DNA of 64,000 nucleotides from Amphiscolops sp. MND2022 (taxonomy: Eukaryota). The notes below the pieces were generated by a model. It ran no database searches and had not been told where the DNA came from. It saw only the letters and a program-made list of their open reading frames with translations. This document shows, in pieces, positions 1 through 14,900 of the stretch; the first letter of the stretch is position 1, and each line of letters starts with the position of its first letter. The translations under genes and the position numbers were made by a program. The stretch spans positions 66,714,001 through 66,778,000 of the forward strand of contig OZ076409.1 in assembly GCA_964187785.1 (NCBI GenBank). Reading direction: 5' to 3'.

Positions 1-1300
1 ATTTCTAATTTGGATTTTGTTCGCTGATGTATAAAGCGCGAAAAATGGTATTTTCGTAGTTCTTTTAAGTTTTCGAAAGCTTCGGTTGGTTCCTCCGTCT
101 GAAACCATTTGTTGTGTTTTTACAGTATATTTTGCAGGTTTTTTTAAAGGAATTTGAAAGAATGTTGTATAGCCCCCAAGAACGATTTCCGCTTTTTTCG
201 TCATTGGATTTTATTCTATTTTCCGATTAAAGCGTCCAGGTTGTTCCGTATTCTTTTTGATTGATTTTGTGTCACATATATTCGACTTAGTTTATCAAAC
301 TTTCGCGTTTCTTTGGGTTCAATCTGTAAGCTGTTTAGTTTTTATCGTACTTCTCATCCATGTGTCTCAATGACACCTTCTGGTCACTAATATAATATCG
401 TTCAACCAAGCCGAATGTTTAATGTTTGTATTCTAAATTAGGGTTTATTCGCTCCTGAAACATTGTAGTGATTCCGTAAAAGTCTTTTTTGCCAAAATAT
501 ACATGTTTTTATGCCTGATTTATGTCCAATTTGTCCATGTGCGTATTCGATTGCTAGTTTCGTTCATGGGTTTTCTCACTCAGTGTCGTCCGACACTTTT
601 TGTGATATTAGGGCTATAAATTCGTCCATATTTGGCTTTGAGGTTTTCTTTACTGTGTTTACTCGATTCTAGCGTCTAGGGCATTTTTACTCCCTTCATT
701 GTGATAACTGCGGGGCTTTAAATGCAACCTTCGGTTATTAGAGTAGCCCGATTCATTTGGCGGTTTTCTATCAAGCGATTTAATTCACCCACCAATTGGT
801 CAAGTAAACGGACCGGAAATGAAGTTAAAGTATACTTGTGCTTCTCTTCAAGGTACTTTTATGAAAAGTCTTGAGAATCGTTTTCAGCTCTTAAATTTAC
901 CCCTGTCGTCTTGTTTTGTGTTGTTTATTGTCATGTTTTCGATCCGAGTGCGTAGTTTTTTTCCAAGCTGTTGAAACTAATGTAGTTCATTCGACAGTGG
1001 TGTTCTTGACTTTGTAATGAAAACCGTAGTTAAATTGCCTTTTCGTTCATTTCAACGGTTGCTTTTGTTCCGCAACTTCAGTTTATTTGCTAACAACCCT
1101 GTAATTTGCCTTGAGTGGTCAAACTTTGAATACTTCGTTGTAATTCTTATGGTCTTTTACTGGTGATGATTTTGCTTTCCCTTATGTCTCAAATTAGTAA
1201 TCTCCCCTTTTCTGCAGTTTTCTGATTGGCAGATTATGCTGAACAATTAGGTTGTCTTAGCCAATTTGATGCGCCCTAATGACCACAGCGGTTGTTTCTG
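1..1300 (-). mobile_element. Degenerate Ty3/Gypsy pol remnant (protease-RT region), runs off the left edge
   Basis: Reverse-strand translation gives broken motifs SPAVITMK..ALDAR..PNMDEFI (~590-715) and KSFLGAIQH (~165-190). These match the RT motifs of the Gypsy copies at 8330-8920 and 13450-15680. Many stops and frameshifts. Right boundary approximate. Confidence 0.75.
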
Positions 1301-1797
1301 TTTTTTGTTTTTCGGCTTACCGGTCGTTTTTTGTTCTCACGTAATTGGTTCTGCCTGACCATCGTCGTACTTTTAGCGTCTCTTGTACGTGCTTGACCGT
1401 ATTCATGTGTCAGTTCAGTTATCGCCTAAATTAACATGTTCTTTGTTCTTAACTTTTTCTCCAATTCGTAATCTCAGGTTTATTAGCTGCCTTGTATTTT
1501 GAAGCAGTAAGTTTGGCGGGTGTTACGGAGGGTTTGGAGCAGTTGTTGTTGACGCGTTTTCGTAGCATCAAGTCTACAATCGACTCGTCATCTCCAGCAC
1601 AAATTGATAGTGGAAGACATTAATGCTGTGTAAGTTATAAATTCTAACATTCTGGATGTTGAGTCCAAACGTCTTTAATAATTTTAAAAGACTTGTTTTA
1701 AGTCGTCATCATTTGTGGACACATAGAGTAATGAGAGACCTTCAAAATTGGAGATTCGAAAAATACGGTCCCATTTGTACCAGCCCGCTATAATGTA

Positions 1798-1920
1798 ATT
1801 TTTGACGTTATATCGGAAGTGAATTGTGTTTTTCTAAAGAGGAAGCATAGGTTCGAAAGAATTGCGCTATATCCGAATTTTGACGTTACATCCGAAGTAG
1901 TTTGCGTTTTGCCAAGGAGG
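1798..1920 (+). repeat. Two tandem copies of an ~80-bp module TTTGACGTTATATCCGAA...GAGGxxGxxGGTTCGAAA
   Basis: The same module recurs at ~30968-31026 and ~63925-63985, inside or next to the HINE-like family. Confidence 0.65.
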
Positions 1921-2295
1921 TAAATTTTCGATTAAGCGTTTATTGTTTTTATTGTTAGTCAATTGAAGGCGGAAAATATCCCGGTGCGTAGCGGGCGTCT
2001 TGTGTAACTCTATTTCGTGAATTATTTACGTATTTTGAGTCAAACGTGTTGACGTAATGATTTGTTACAATTTTAAATTCGAAACTTACTTTGTTTCTGT
2101 GAAGTTCATTTCAAACTCGAGATAACGAAGTAAATAATACACATAACAATGGAACAGCAAAAAATTGGTATGTCAAAATGTCCTTCAATTAATAGCCTGG
2201 TGTTAAAAGTTTTTCGAACGTATTTCGAAACTTTATCCGAGTGACGAGGATTAATAAGTAATTGCAACTTCATCTGATAAATCACTGAAGGTTAC

Positions 2296-2541
2296 TTTTC
2301 AAGCTGCAGAATTACAACTACAGGAATTGCTTTTGGGAAAACATTGTATTCATTTCCGAACTTGAACCAAGAGCTGAACGCTAGGAGTTTTTTTGAGAAC
2401 CAGAAAAAAAAGAGGACAAAGGTTTGAATAACTAAACAGCAGAGGAAGGAGACTCCAGCTTCAGCTACGTGGCCATCCTTTTTCAATAAAAAGACCACCT
2501 GTCCATGGTTTAATTCGTTTAAGTTTTTGCAGTCTTTCCTT
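2296..2541 (-). CDS. Putative internal coding exon, unknown membrane protein
   Basis: tttttcag acceptor and gtaac donor bracket a 246-nt open, phase-symmetric exon: RKDCKNLNELNHGQVVFLLKKDGHVAEAGVSFLCCLVIQTFVLFFFWFSKKLL... with one hydrophobic segment. Partner exons not identified. Confidence 0.4.
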
Positions 2542-3758
2542 CTGAAAAATTGTGACAGAAAAACGCAGCAAAACCTTGCTTCTTTATTCAGTTATTTATT
2601 CATGACGTTTGAGTAGAAGCCAAAATGTACGTGAACTACAGTTTAATCACGCGCTTCGCAAAAATAGGTGACATCTTCGAATTTTTTTTTAGCTCAAGAA
2701 GCATGGAATTTTTCCCTTGGACGTAATTTTTCCAGCTAGCAATTTGATTGGTATTCAAAGCATGCTTCTTCAATTTTTATCATCAGAAGGAAAATGTTTA
2801 GAAAACGTTTTTTAGAAGAGAAGTTTATTAAACTCGCTATTACAGATTGGAATTTGGTAGAAAAACTCTGAAATCGAAACGTGAAGATCATTGATGCATG
2901 AGACATCATGTATAAGTTTACAATTTATATTTTTTTGTGCAAAATACGCCTCTATTTATTTGATTTGCTCATCTAGATATGCTTTCTTCATGTCCAAAAT
3001 CATTTGTTCAATTTCCTGGAAACTGTCTACGGGGCTGCTGGTAATCTTAGTGACATACAGTTAGCTTTTTTTCAAATAATTTTTGTCACGTTTGAGTAAA
3101 AAGTTTCCATATTTCTTTATTTTCTCAGAATATGTTATATAAAAATCTTTGGGCTGATTTATTCACCTCGGTAAATACCATTTTGTTTTCAAACAATGTG
3201 CAACTTGCGTCTTATTAATCCCCTCAAAACATTTCAAAAAAGCGCTGAAAAAATTCAGTTGAGGCGTGTACCAAATCCATGTAAAACGTTTATTTCCTAC
3301 TTACCATAATTGGAAGAAGCTTTGGCGTGTAACAGAACTCATTAGATCAGTGGAACGTCAACAAAAACGCTGTGTAGGAAAAGCAATCTGTGCTCAGTTC
3401 TTTTTCACAAAACAGTGTGCATTGCAACTTCTTTTTGCTGCCAGCGTGGAGCTTTTGAAGTGCAATTTAAAGATATGGTGGTTGAATAAACATTTAAAAC
3501 ATTCGGCCGGGAGTTGTAAGGATGAAATGTAATCAATAATGCAAAACTGCAAAATAGTTGAAGGCTTGAAAAAACTTCTATTTCCACACTGGAATTGATA
3601 AGAGAAGTTATAATAATCGTATCAGAATTATTGCAGACTCGTGTAATAATATAGATACCATGTACTTTTAGATAACACCTAACATAAGATGATTCAAGTG
3701 TTTGAATTGATAGCACACCTTCACTCGTTCTTTAGAATGAACAAACTGACATGACCCA

Positions 3759-3950
3759 TTAAAGTAGAGCAAAATCAACTCTAGAGAGCTCTCTAGACAA
3801 TAAAATCATTATGTTTATGTTAATTTAATTAGGTTGTCTGAAGTACCAGCTATTATCTTACTAATATCATCATCATGTAAACCAAACATAGTAGCTAAAG
3901 TGCACTCAGTTAAAAACAGTGTTATGATCACTTTTTTTATTACCAAAAGA
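3759..3950 (+). repeat. Diverged LTR-like direct repeat (candidate 5' LTR of the Gypsy at 6900-10445)
   Basis: Aligns by eye with 10268-10445 (aagtagagc...tgttaatttxattagxttgtctg...tagtagctaaxgtgxactcagtxaaaaacag). Confidence 0.6.
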
Positions 3951-4568
3951 TTGAGACATGCCAGAGTCAGGCTAACTTACGATTAGCCAAGAAACATCCA
4001 TCCAGTTAACTGACAGTTATATTCAGGGATGTAAAATATCGATACCCCGTATATATAAACCTGGACGATAGACATATCGATCTTATATTTTTGAGCTATA
4101 GATATATCGATACATCGAACGTATCGTGGGTCAAAAAATGCTTTCAAAGAATTGAATTTCTTGTATTATAAACAGAAGCAAATACATTGATACTCCAGAA
4201 ATTTTTGTTACTATACCAAAAATCTTGACTTTCTAAATCCAATGACGATAGCACTTTTCCTGTAGTCCGTGTAAGTGTATATAACGCGGCTGAACAGTCG
4301 TTCAACATCTTTTGCCATCAACTGAAGATAGTTTACAAACGTGAAGATATTTTACAAACAACTTTTGATAGATTTAATATTCATATAAATTTTCAGATAT
4401 TTCTTTGAAAAAGTACAAACAAGCTGTTCTCCGGTGTAATGAGTCTCCTCCGCATCTTCATCATGAATTAGATTTCGGGGAACTCATTCCGTGAACTACT
4501 CCAGACCTTGCGGTTGAAAGTTCCTTCGGATCTGTGTTTTGCGGTCTCTCGGTCGCAACGTTCCATCC

Positions 4569-4958
4569 CTATTGGGGCATTTGTCCAGAACCAGACCTGA
4601 GAGAGGCTTGAATTCGTGGTAACACTAGATCATTAATTGCCTCACTTATAGCCCTTTGAATTTGCAAACTAACACTGTTCATTACTCCATTCATCTCTTG
4701 AGTGATCCTTTGGTTCCATTTTTCTGAAAATCTATTTATCTCACTACTAAAATCAATCACTCCTGGGTTTTGGAAATTCCCGGCAAACCGCCTAATTTCA
4801 TTCTCACCAGCATTGGTGTGAGAATTGATGTTATGAGCTCCCAATACATCATAGCTGGGGCTTCGATGTCGCCTGACCGAATCACCAAATTTACTATTCT
4901 TTCTTTCAAAGATATTTCTACCTAGCATTAGGTCCACATTTTCTAAGTCGGACAGCAT
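4569..4958 (-). pseudogene. 129-aa ORF fragment, probably retroelement gag-like or coiled-coil remnant
   Basis: Open frame with heptad-like segment EINRFSEKWNQRITQEMNGVMNSVSLQIQRAISEAI in a TE-dense context. No diagnostic motif, so the call is inference. Confidence 0.3.
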
Positions 4959-6899
4959 TTCTGCTTCTCTTGACGTTAGTAGGCACGAAGAATATCCGAT
5001 TACGAATATTTCAATGGTTATATCAGAAAAATGTATCTTGAAAAACGTTTGAACAACAGAACTGTTCCGGAAAATTGTGTCAGCTCCGGAGAGTAAGAGC
5101 TATATGTACTCCCGTCAGCATGACACTCAAATTCTTTACACTATAGGGCAAACATATGAACGTTTCTAGCTAATACCTTTAAGGGAAGTGACATGTGACT
5201 GCTAATAACAATTTCCCAGAACTGCACTTGATTAGCTTACATCAAAGAGTTGAAAGATTTCGAACATTAAAGTTACCGCACATTCCAAATGCATTTTTGA
5301 ATGAAGCAACCTATGACAATAAACATCAGATCTTCAAAGTGCTACGTTGGGACAAAGGTATTTCAACTTTGAATTAACTTGCTTAGGCACGTGCCTACAC
5401 GCGAGTGATAGAAGGTTGCTTGGATTTTTTAAACTTCAGATTACATGTGAGGGGCAAAATTGGTATGGCCTAATATGGCCGTCAGAAATAACATAGCACA
5501 TTGGCCAATTGCCGGAAAAGGTTCGGGTACTCATCATGTAAAGCATTGTACTAATTCAATAATTAGCACTTCAAACGTCAATACTAATTGCTTTAAAACA
5601 CAAACATCGATGCTACACTCTAAATACGAGAATTAATAATATTCCAAGCAGAATAATAGCAACATGAGTAGTAAAGAATCTACTTGTCCGAAACCGGCCA
5701 TTTACCTAACTCTCAGTACAGCACGCTGAGTGTTCAGTCAAACGGCCGTTACCTGCAAATAATATTATTGCACAAATAATAGTATTTGAAATGGTGCACT
5801 CTGATTCCTTAATACAGCGTGCGCAAGTCACGTCGCGGGAACAGTGCCCTAGCTCATTTGAACACGTTTCTTTATTGTTGCTCAATTGCAAACAATTGCT
5901 TCGCCATCACAAACTACAATATTCTAGAGTGAATGAAATCTATCAACTTCAACTTCTGATTCGAATATTCCAGTTCATAACGTTAACAGACCAACAATTA
6001 CGTAATAATTATTAACAGCGAACTGTATCAAATCGAGAATATAAAATTTAGTTTCAGTTTATGTACTTGCTAAGTGTCTGTTTTAGAAGATTGGTAGCGT
6101 TCCTGGTGTTATATCTTGCCGTGGTGCCGTAGTTGTGATCTGGGTTGCGTGCGACATCCGGGTAACTGAGTCACGGTTCGTTTTGAAATGTCAGTGGAAA
6201 GTAGGTTTAATTGCCTCGATACTCAGAGTAGTCTAGTTGCATTACACGCGAAGATTGCGTGGCAACTTGCTTTTGTTCAATTTAGGTGAATAAACACAGT
6301 GAACACTATAGCGTTATAAAATTTTTCTGAATAGGGAACTACTTTTGGGTAGTGTAATGAACATCACGGAAATGAACAGCACACTTCCGCCAGCCGGCGC
6401 ACCGCTCGCATATTTGCTTGTTATACTTGCTTAGCTTGCTTGGACTACTACAGCGACGGCTGGACTGAGGCAATAAATGTCGTAAATTGTTTGCATTGTT
6501 TGCTAACACCAAAAGTTTTGAATGAATTGAAAAATAGTCACGAATTTATTAATTGTTGAGTAATGAATGCATATAAAGAATATCATTTTACATTATTTCC
6601 AATCAATGTATAGAACTGCCAATCACGATGCGATATATCGCACAGTAACGATACTTTATCGTATCGTTCTTTTACTCAGAAACCATATATCGACACTATC
6701 TCATCGCAATCTATCAGAAGACCGAAATGCCTCTTTTACATCTCTGGTTACATTCAAGAATGATAGACACGAGGAACACAGCATCATCGAATGGGGAACA
6801 TTATTCCCGGATGTCGGAAAAAAATCCAGTAGACAACTGTTATTCGAGGGAACAGTTATCGGAACGGAAGACCGGACTAGCACACAGAAGCTTACAATA

Positions 6900-9800
6900 C
6901 TTAGCCTAGAGAAATAACAACAGCCCCAGATCGAAGTATCAACAATGACAACCTCAAGAGAAATCTTACGAAAGTACCGTTAACAGCTGGAATCCGGAAT
7001 CAAAGATATATTCCTTCGGGTAATTGTATAAAATGCAATCACGGAAAAGACCAAAACAGTCAGTGAAAAGGTATACAATTTATATATACCCTACCCCAAC
7101 CACATTACATTTCACACCTGAAAGGAACATAAGAACGTACATCAAAACCGATCCGATTTCTTTGACATCAGAAAGTGAAGCGACGAATCGGTAGCAGACG
7201 TGTAGAAACAAATACTGGACGTAAAGAGAAATTGCGAGCTTGAAACCATAACAGCAGCAGAACTCCAGGCCTCAAATTTCTATAATTCATAAGAAAATCC
7301 ACGGGAGACTATGAGTTGGAAAAGAATGTTCGCAAATTGATATGTCGTTGGAAGCAATAACTAAAGCCATACACGAATACTTGTATGAAAGGCTAAACGA
7401 CTCAACAGACACCGAAGAAGAGAAAAGAAATACTGATATGTGGAAAATAGGAAAAATAGAAAACACAGTAGAACAATCAGATTGAATTTCGGAAACCAAA
7501 AAACTGGATTGCTCCAGATGTGAGACAACAAATCGAATAAAACAACACGACTACCACAAGAAGAAAGAAATGCGCTCAGTGCGTAAAACGTGGGAACTTT
7601 GCCAAATGTTGCCGCTGTTCAACGCGTAAACTTAACAATACAACAGAAGAAGAAACACACAATCCGGAAGAAGAAGACTAGACAACAGAAAGAATACACT
7701 CGATACAACAGGAGATCCACCCAATGGGAACAAATAATAAGAACAGACAATTGTTCTTTTTCATAACGCTCTTGGTCAAAAACCGATCGATAAACTTCTT
7801 GTGGACACAGATTCACTGGTGACTCTCATTCCGAATTCGAAATTCAACAAAACAAAAGTAGTAGAGCTATTAACAGAACATTATCGAGATATTAACGACA
7901 ACAGAATGAAATTCGAAGGAAAAGCAACAGCCAACATAGAAATAGACGGAACAAAGAACCAACTGGAGATATTCAAAATATCCGGATAAACACTTTACTA
8001 TACTCGGACAAGATTGGATGGACAAGCTGGACATCAACGAAGAATTGGACAGAAGTAACTCACAAATCAATTACATGAAAACCGGGAAACACAATGGACA
8101 GGGGCTTGACAACATTAAAAAGTAAGGTCACAAAATGTTTACAGAAAACCAAACGACAAAAAAATTGGAAGTAGAAATTTAACTCAACGAAGGGTCCAAC
8201 CCAATGCAACAAAAGAATTGACCAATACAAGTCATTTTGCCACCTTTAGGTTAAAAAATTGAAAAATTGAAAGAAAACAAGGACATATAGACCGAACCAA
8301 AAGACAACGATGAAAATTATTTTGTTAGTCCAGTGGTAATTACCATAAACAAGAAAAAATTGGTATCAAATTGGACATAGAAAAGAAACTCCAACATAGA
8401 AGGGCTCTCATCACGAATATCCAAGAGTTTAGCGTTTAGATTGGCAGGCGAAATCTGGATATCAAAAAGTGATTTGGATTACCCTTACGGGCAACAACAA
8501 CTCTCAGTAAAAACAAGAAGCCACTGGATCTCTGGGGTCATCTGAGAAAATTCCACCGGTTTTTACCAATTTTTAACAGATTCTATGTGATGCCTGACAT
8601 ACGAACTATATTCAAAGAAAATTGACGACCAAACGCTAGAAAACAAACATCCAGACCGGTTACACAATGTTATCGTAGTGACAAAAGGTTCCAGACATGG
8701 CATATGGGCGTACTTATAGACGTGTTACCAAAACTGGAAGACGCCGGATAAAGACGGAGCGAAAACAAATCCGACCTATTGAAAGTAAAAATAAAATGGA
8801 TCGGTGTCAAAATGGACGTAATTGGAGCCACGAAGTTACAAGACAAACAACTTGAAACGAGCCATAAAAGTAAGTAAAAAACCAGAAATTGAAAAACAAT
8901 TAAATCGTTTTGGGCGCAATTGAGTATGTAATCAAGTACCTTGAAAATCTTTCAGCACAAAGACAAGGCTGTTTGAGATGTTTGAGACAATTCGACAAAA
9001 ATGATAATAAATGCAATTGGAACAAAGAACACATGAAAGCGTTCGCAAACTTGAAAGAAAAGATCAGGAACATACCGTGATTGGCACAATATAGCTCCAT
9101 TTATCGGATCATAACATCCACGGACGCTAGTACGGAAGGTTTGAGAGTGCTACAATAATATGAAAAAAAAACAGCCGAACGGTGGTTTAGAACCGATATG
9201 AAGTGCCAGTCGCTTCCTCTCCGACACAGAAAACATTTATACCAGAAATGAATTGGAACTACTAGCAGTAGTATGGAGGTTGAAACACTTTCGTCTGTAC
9301 ATACAGGGAAAACGGATAAAAGTTCCAGGCAATAGAACTGAGAGACGGATATCAGGCGTTAGAACTGCTAGTTAAACGTAATCGATTGAATAAAACATTT
9401 GGCACTTGATTAACAAGATGGCTAGACCAAATATCGTATTTCTAACTGCACGTCAGCCGTATAGCAGGCAAGTATTTAGCTCTTCGGGATTATCCCACAG
9501 GAAGCCGTCCGCACAACCACAAACGGATGACCCACGCGATGAAGACGACGTAATCAACAGCATCATTCCGCACTATCATTTCGCATCCAACCAGTCCGCA
9601 GCAAACACAAAAAGACTGGATCGTTCGGGAGAGGACGACCGAGACTTCTTCGCAACCGCTAATGTTCCGACTCACCGACAGGCTCACCCGGACAACCGGA
9701 CAAACCACAAGACGGTAGCGGAAAACAGGACCGATGCGAGAATAGACCGCGTCATTGAAGACGCTAGAGAGGCATAAGAAGAACTACATATCAGAGATAC

Positions 9801-10445
9801 AAACGGTACGGTAAATCAAAATTGTACTAAAAATTCAAGCGGGGGGAATAGAAGACAACGTAGAAAACAATATAAAAACGGAGTTTTTTGAACTAATTAG
9901 CAACCTAAGCTCAAGGATTGAACTAGAACATGACATGAAGGAACATAACTTATGAAGATCAAAACGCCAGACAAAAACGAATCCACTTATTACACTGAAT
10001 AGCCCAGTACTATCCGATTACAAGAAACACCGACAAATGGCTGAATACTGTTGAACCAATCAACACTCCAGAAAACAACCACTGCACGCACGAAAGCCCG
10101 AACTACTACTGGTGAATGGACCTATCTTGAAACAAACGATAACTGGACAACAAACATGGACCAAACGCAGGCCACCGCGGATACAACAATAGAGCTATCG
10201 ACGGAAAATCGCCATAGGGAAAAACAAGTCGCCAAGTCGCCAACTATCCTCGGATCACGGGGGGGGATGAAGTAGAGCTAGAGAACAAACTCTGGACAAT
10301 GAGCTCAATTTGTTCATGTTAATTTCATTAGATTGTCTGTACCTGCTGTTAACCTAATATCATCATTTTGTAAGCTAAATTTAGTAGCTAAGGTGTACTC
10401 AGTAAAAAACAGAGTTGTGATCAATTTTTTTATCATCAAAACCCA
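6900..10445 (+). mobile_element. Degenerate Ty3/Gypsy LTR retrotransposon (gag-PR-RT-RNase H, PPT, 3' LTR)
   Basis: Zinc-knuckle remnant KCAQCVKRGNFAKCCR (~7568), protease LVDTDSLVTLIP (~7800), RT FVSPVVIT and ISKSDLDYPYGQ, RNase H TDASTEG and ELELLAVVWRLKHFRLY (~9120-9300). A G-rich PPT at 10259-10267 is followed by TG at 10268. Confidence 0.85.
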
Positions 10446-11999
10446 TGGATTATCACCGTTCAGTCACATTTGGTTCATGCTCAAGGGAACGATTTGCAAG
10501 AAATTCTTTTCTCAGCGTTGTCAATGAAATCAGGAAAACACTTTTCGCTCTGAAATTTAGCTTGTTTGACTAGTAGTTATTATTGTCATCTAATACTCCT
10601 ACTGGGCAATATAGATCTGGCAGATGTTGTAATCTCTGGTTTTCAAAATTTACATTCCATTTACTACTGCTATGTTTTGTACTACTGGAAAAAACTGGAA
10701 AAAAGGTCTTTGGATATACTTTTGGCAGAAAAAATCTTAGCAGCAAAAACCTTTCAGAGTTTAATCAGATTCACAGAGAATTATTGTTTTTGAGTCTAAT
10801 CAACAAATAAGTAGACACATTACATTTCTGGATTTTTTTTAGACTTTTGTTGTGCAATATCTCAAAAAAACCAACTCAGAAGAAAAACATTCCGGGATTA
10901 TCTTTGTTTATCTATTTCTATATTCAACATTTTTCCGGCTTTGTTTTCTTAAAAACGAGCACCCAAACCAGTTCCGTCAAAACAATTCATTTTTTGAGGA
11001 GTAAAATTTGAAGTCTTCGCATTTTTAGATCATTTTAGGGTATAAATGCTTGAATAATTTCCTTGGACGGTTGAAAAAACTGAAAAACTTCAATAGCGCA
11101 ACCGAAACTTTGTAAAGTACAAATGACGCAAAGCCACAGCTGCAAAGGGCAACTCTAACGCATCAATAATTATCCCACAACACTTAGAAATCTGGGCTCG
11201 AAAATTTAAAAATTGCCTTTTAATCACAAGACATTAGTAAATATTAACAAAACTAGAACAACTCGCGTAAAAAGTTTCGAGTGAAGAGGAGTTCAACGCA
11301 TGCTTGTAATTGATGGTCCTGGAGTAAAAGAACTGACACTACAAGTATGTATTGAGTTCTTCTATTGTGTTCGTCAGTGATATTTTCGATACAATAAAAT
11401 TAAACAGACACTTTTACTTTACGTCAGGACGCAAACAGGCTAAGAAATTAGCCATTACTATTGATATTTGAAAAATCAACCAGAAACTACAAACTAAAGA
11501 AAAAAAATCAAAGAGAATCAGAGTCACAAAAGCTACCGATGAAATGTTTTACGAAAAGGCTAACGAAACGTCGCATTCAGAAGTTCGTGAAGGATTCGTG
11601 AAAGATAGGCTAATGTAAGACTAAGAAAGGCCTAAAAAGGTGACACTGTAAAATCAAAGATATTGAAAAATGATTATATTAATTGAAGTGTTGAAGTGAG
11701 GACACCGAACAGGACAAGAACTCATAAAAAACCAGTCAAAAAATGAAACTGTTTTTGTTGCGATGAACTCGGCCTTTACGCAAAAACTTGCAGGTCAACA
11801 AAAAGCGAACAATCAATTAACCAGATTACAGAACATTACAGTGCATAGGCAAGCCTTTTCTGAGCGTTTTGTGAAAATGGAGACACGAAATCTCGGAAAC
11901 CGAGACGCGTGCACTGAATTCATTCCCCTTTGATGTCGACTGCCTTAGCTTCTTGAAGAGGAAGCAGTGGAAGCTACAAGCACGGAAGGAGAGTCATGA

Positions 12000-14900
12000 T
12001 TTGTGAACAAGTACATTTGCCGTGAAATCATTACTACAAAGATTCAACTCCCTACAACGTGACAGTGGTTGGAACGATTCTGACAATTTACGATGCGGGA
12101 ACACAAAATAAATATTACAGCACTACTAAATAGAGAAGATATCACAGAATCAGGATGGACCGGAAAAGAAAAACTCATCCAAGAAGACTTTATTTGGGAA
12201 GTGGGACCCGAAGTACTGTATCAAATAACACGAGCCCAAAAGAAAAAGGAACCGGACAGCGTAAAACTTGAAGACCTAATCCGGTTGTTCACCGAATATT
12301 ATTCACCAAAACGCATGACATACCACAACTGCAAAGACGTTTTCTGAGCCAAGCAAAAATAGGACGAAACGCCCGAAGAATTCTGGAGACGATCGATTGA
12401 AATCTGCAAAGTGTGCAATTTTAACACACTTTCAGCCGAAGAATTTCTGATATCCAAAAACTTGACCGCAATTACAGATGAAAAACTACGTACAAAATGA
12501 TAAAAGAAAAGACATTAGGTTTGAAAAAGTTGATCAAAAATACTTTTGAAACGTAGAACAAGAAAAACACAAAAAATACCGGAAGCATTTTGTGCAGCAA
12601 AAAAGAACATACGATAAAAGAAGAATCGATACAAAGAATGGAGATTGACAGGGAACAGACCATGCAGATTTTGTAACGCACCGAACTGGTCACCAATACA
12701 CAAATGCCCGGCAAAGAAGCAAATAGCAATTAATGAAAAAACAAAGGCCACTATGCAAACGCTTGCAGCCAAAAATTTAACAACAACTGAACGGTGAGAA
12801 GCCTAACCGAAGAAGAAACACAAGAACGAAAGAAAAGATCAATTTGAAGCGAGTCAGACAAAAGCATCTAACAAAAACGACTGAAGAGAGGAACAAACAC
12901 TACACCGCTACAACAAAAATAAACAGAATCGACAAAAAATTCGCTTTAGATACAGTATCACCAATAACGATATTGCCACCCGACAAAAATATTTTGAAAT
13001 CAATCGGAATACAGAATATCACAAAGAGGTACCAAAATAAAAACGAAAATGAAAATAAGTTTCGGGGAATGGAAATTCTCCTAAGAATGGAATATGAAAA
13101 CAACAAACTTGAAATGAAATGGTTGATAACCGAAAGAACAGTCAACGCCACTACTCGAAATGGACTGGACGAAAAGATATAAACTGGCAATTAGAAGAAT
13201 TTATTCGTCAGAGAACAACCATTCAGAAAACGAGAAAATATTGTACTAGTTTTCGGATTCGTTCGAGAACAACGCAACGTTAAAAGATACACAGATAAAC
13301 ATTCAATTAAAACTGGGACATTACCCGGTAAAACAAAACTCCAGACTCGTACCGCTACATTTACAAGAAGATGTAGGACAAGAACTAGAGAGACTAGTAA
13401 AAGTGGGAAACCTGAAAAAGTTAAAAGCGGGGGATGACGATTGTTTTTTATCACCTGTACTAATATCTTAAAAGCGATAAAACGGTAAAAGTAGCATTAG
13501 ACTCACGCAAGCTGAATGATAGTTGTTTCAAAATGAGATCACACACGCCAAACATGGAAGAGCTACTAAACCAAGTTTCGTTAGAAACTGCTGGTTACCG
13601 AGCAGTACAACTATTCATTTCCAAAATAGACTTGGACTACGCATACGGAGAAAAGGAAATATTCAAAGAAACAAGTCATTAGTGCATTTCGCACAAAACA
13701 GCTGGAAAATTTAACGGTTACTGTCGAGTCAGAGAAGGGTTTCACGTCATCCCTGAACGGACTTGCCAATATCCCCACATAAAATCAAGGAGAAATTCAC
13801 AGAGCACTCGGATACTGTTACCGGCTTGGCTAGAACCGGACAGCGTAAAACTTGAAGACCTAATCCGGTTGTTCACCGAATATTATTCACCAAAACGCAT
13901 GACATACCACAACTGCAAAGACGTTTTCTGAGCCAAGCAAAAATAGGACGAAACGCCCGAAGAATTCTGGAGACGATCGATTGAAATCTGCAAAGTGTGC
14001 AATTTTAACACACTTTCAGCCGAAGAATTTCTGATATCCAAAAACTTGACCGCAATTACAGATGAAAAATTACGTACAAAATGATAAAAGAAAAGACATT
14101 AGGTTTGAAAAAGTTGATCAAAAATACTTTTGAAACGTAGAACAAGAAAAACACAAAAAATACCGGAAGCATTTTGTGCAGCAAAAAAGAACATACGATA
14201 AAAGAAGAACCGATACAAAGAATGGAGATTGACAGGGAACAGACCATGCAGATTTTGTAACGCACCGAACTGGTCACCAATACACAAATGCCCGGCAAAG
14301 AAGCAAATAGCAATTAATGAAAAAAGAAAGGCCACTATGCAAACGCTTGCAGCCAAAAATTTAACAACAACTGAACGGTGAGAAGCCTAACCGAAGAAGA
14401 AACACAAGAACGAAAGAAAAGATCAATTTGAAGCGAGTCAGACAAAAGCATCTAACAAAAACGACTGAAGAGAGGAACAAACACTACACCGCTACAACAA
14501 AAATAAACAGAATCGACAAAAAATTCGTTTTAGATACAGTATCACCAATAACGATATTGCCACCCGACAAAAATATTTTGAAATCAATCGGAATACAGAA
14601 TATCACAAAGAGGTACCAAGATAAAAACGAAAATGAAAATAAGTTTCGGGGAATGGAAATTCTCCTAAGAATGGAATATGAAAACAACAAACTTGAAATG
14701 AAATGGTTGATAACCGAAAGAACAGTCAACGCCACTACTCGAAATGGACTGGACGAAAAGATATAAACTGGCAATTAGAAGAATTTATTCGTCAGAGAAC
14801 AACCATTCAGAAAACGAGAAAATATTGTACTAGTTTTCGGATTCGTTCGAGAACAACGCAACGTTAAAAGATACACAGATAAACATTCAATTAAAACTGG

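Noticed and set aside
4024..6705. Possible old hAT-like insertion (CAGGGATG start, GATATATCG motifs at 4030-4130 and 6625-6695) separating LTR from gag
   Set aside because: Right TIR and TSD could not be identified, so it is left unresolved and not called.
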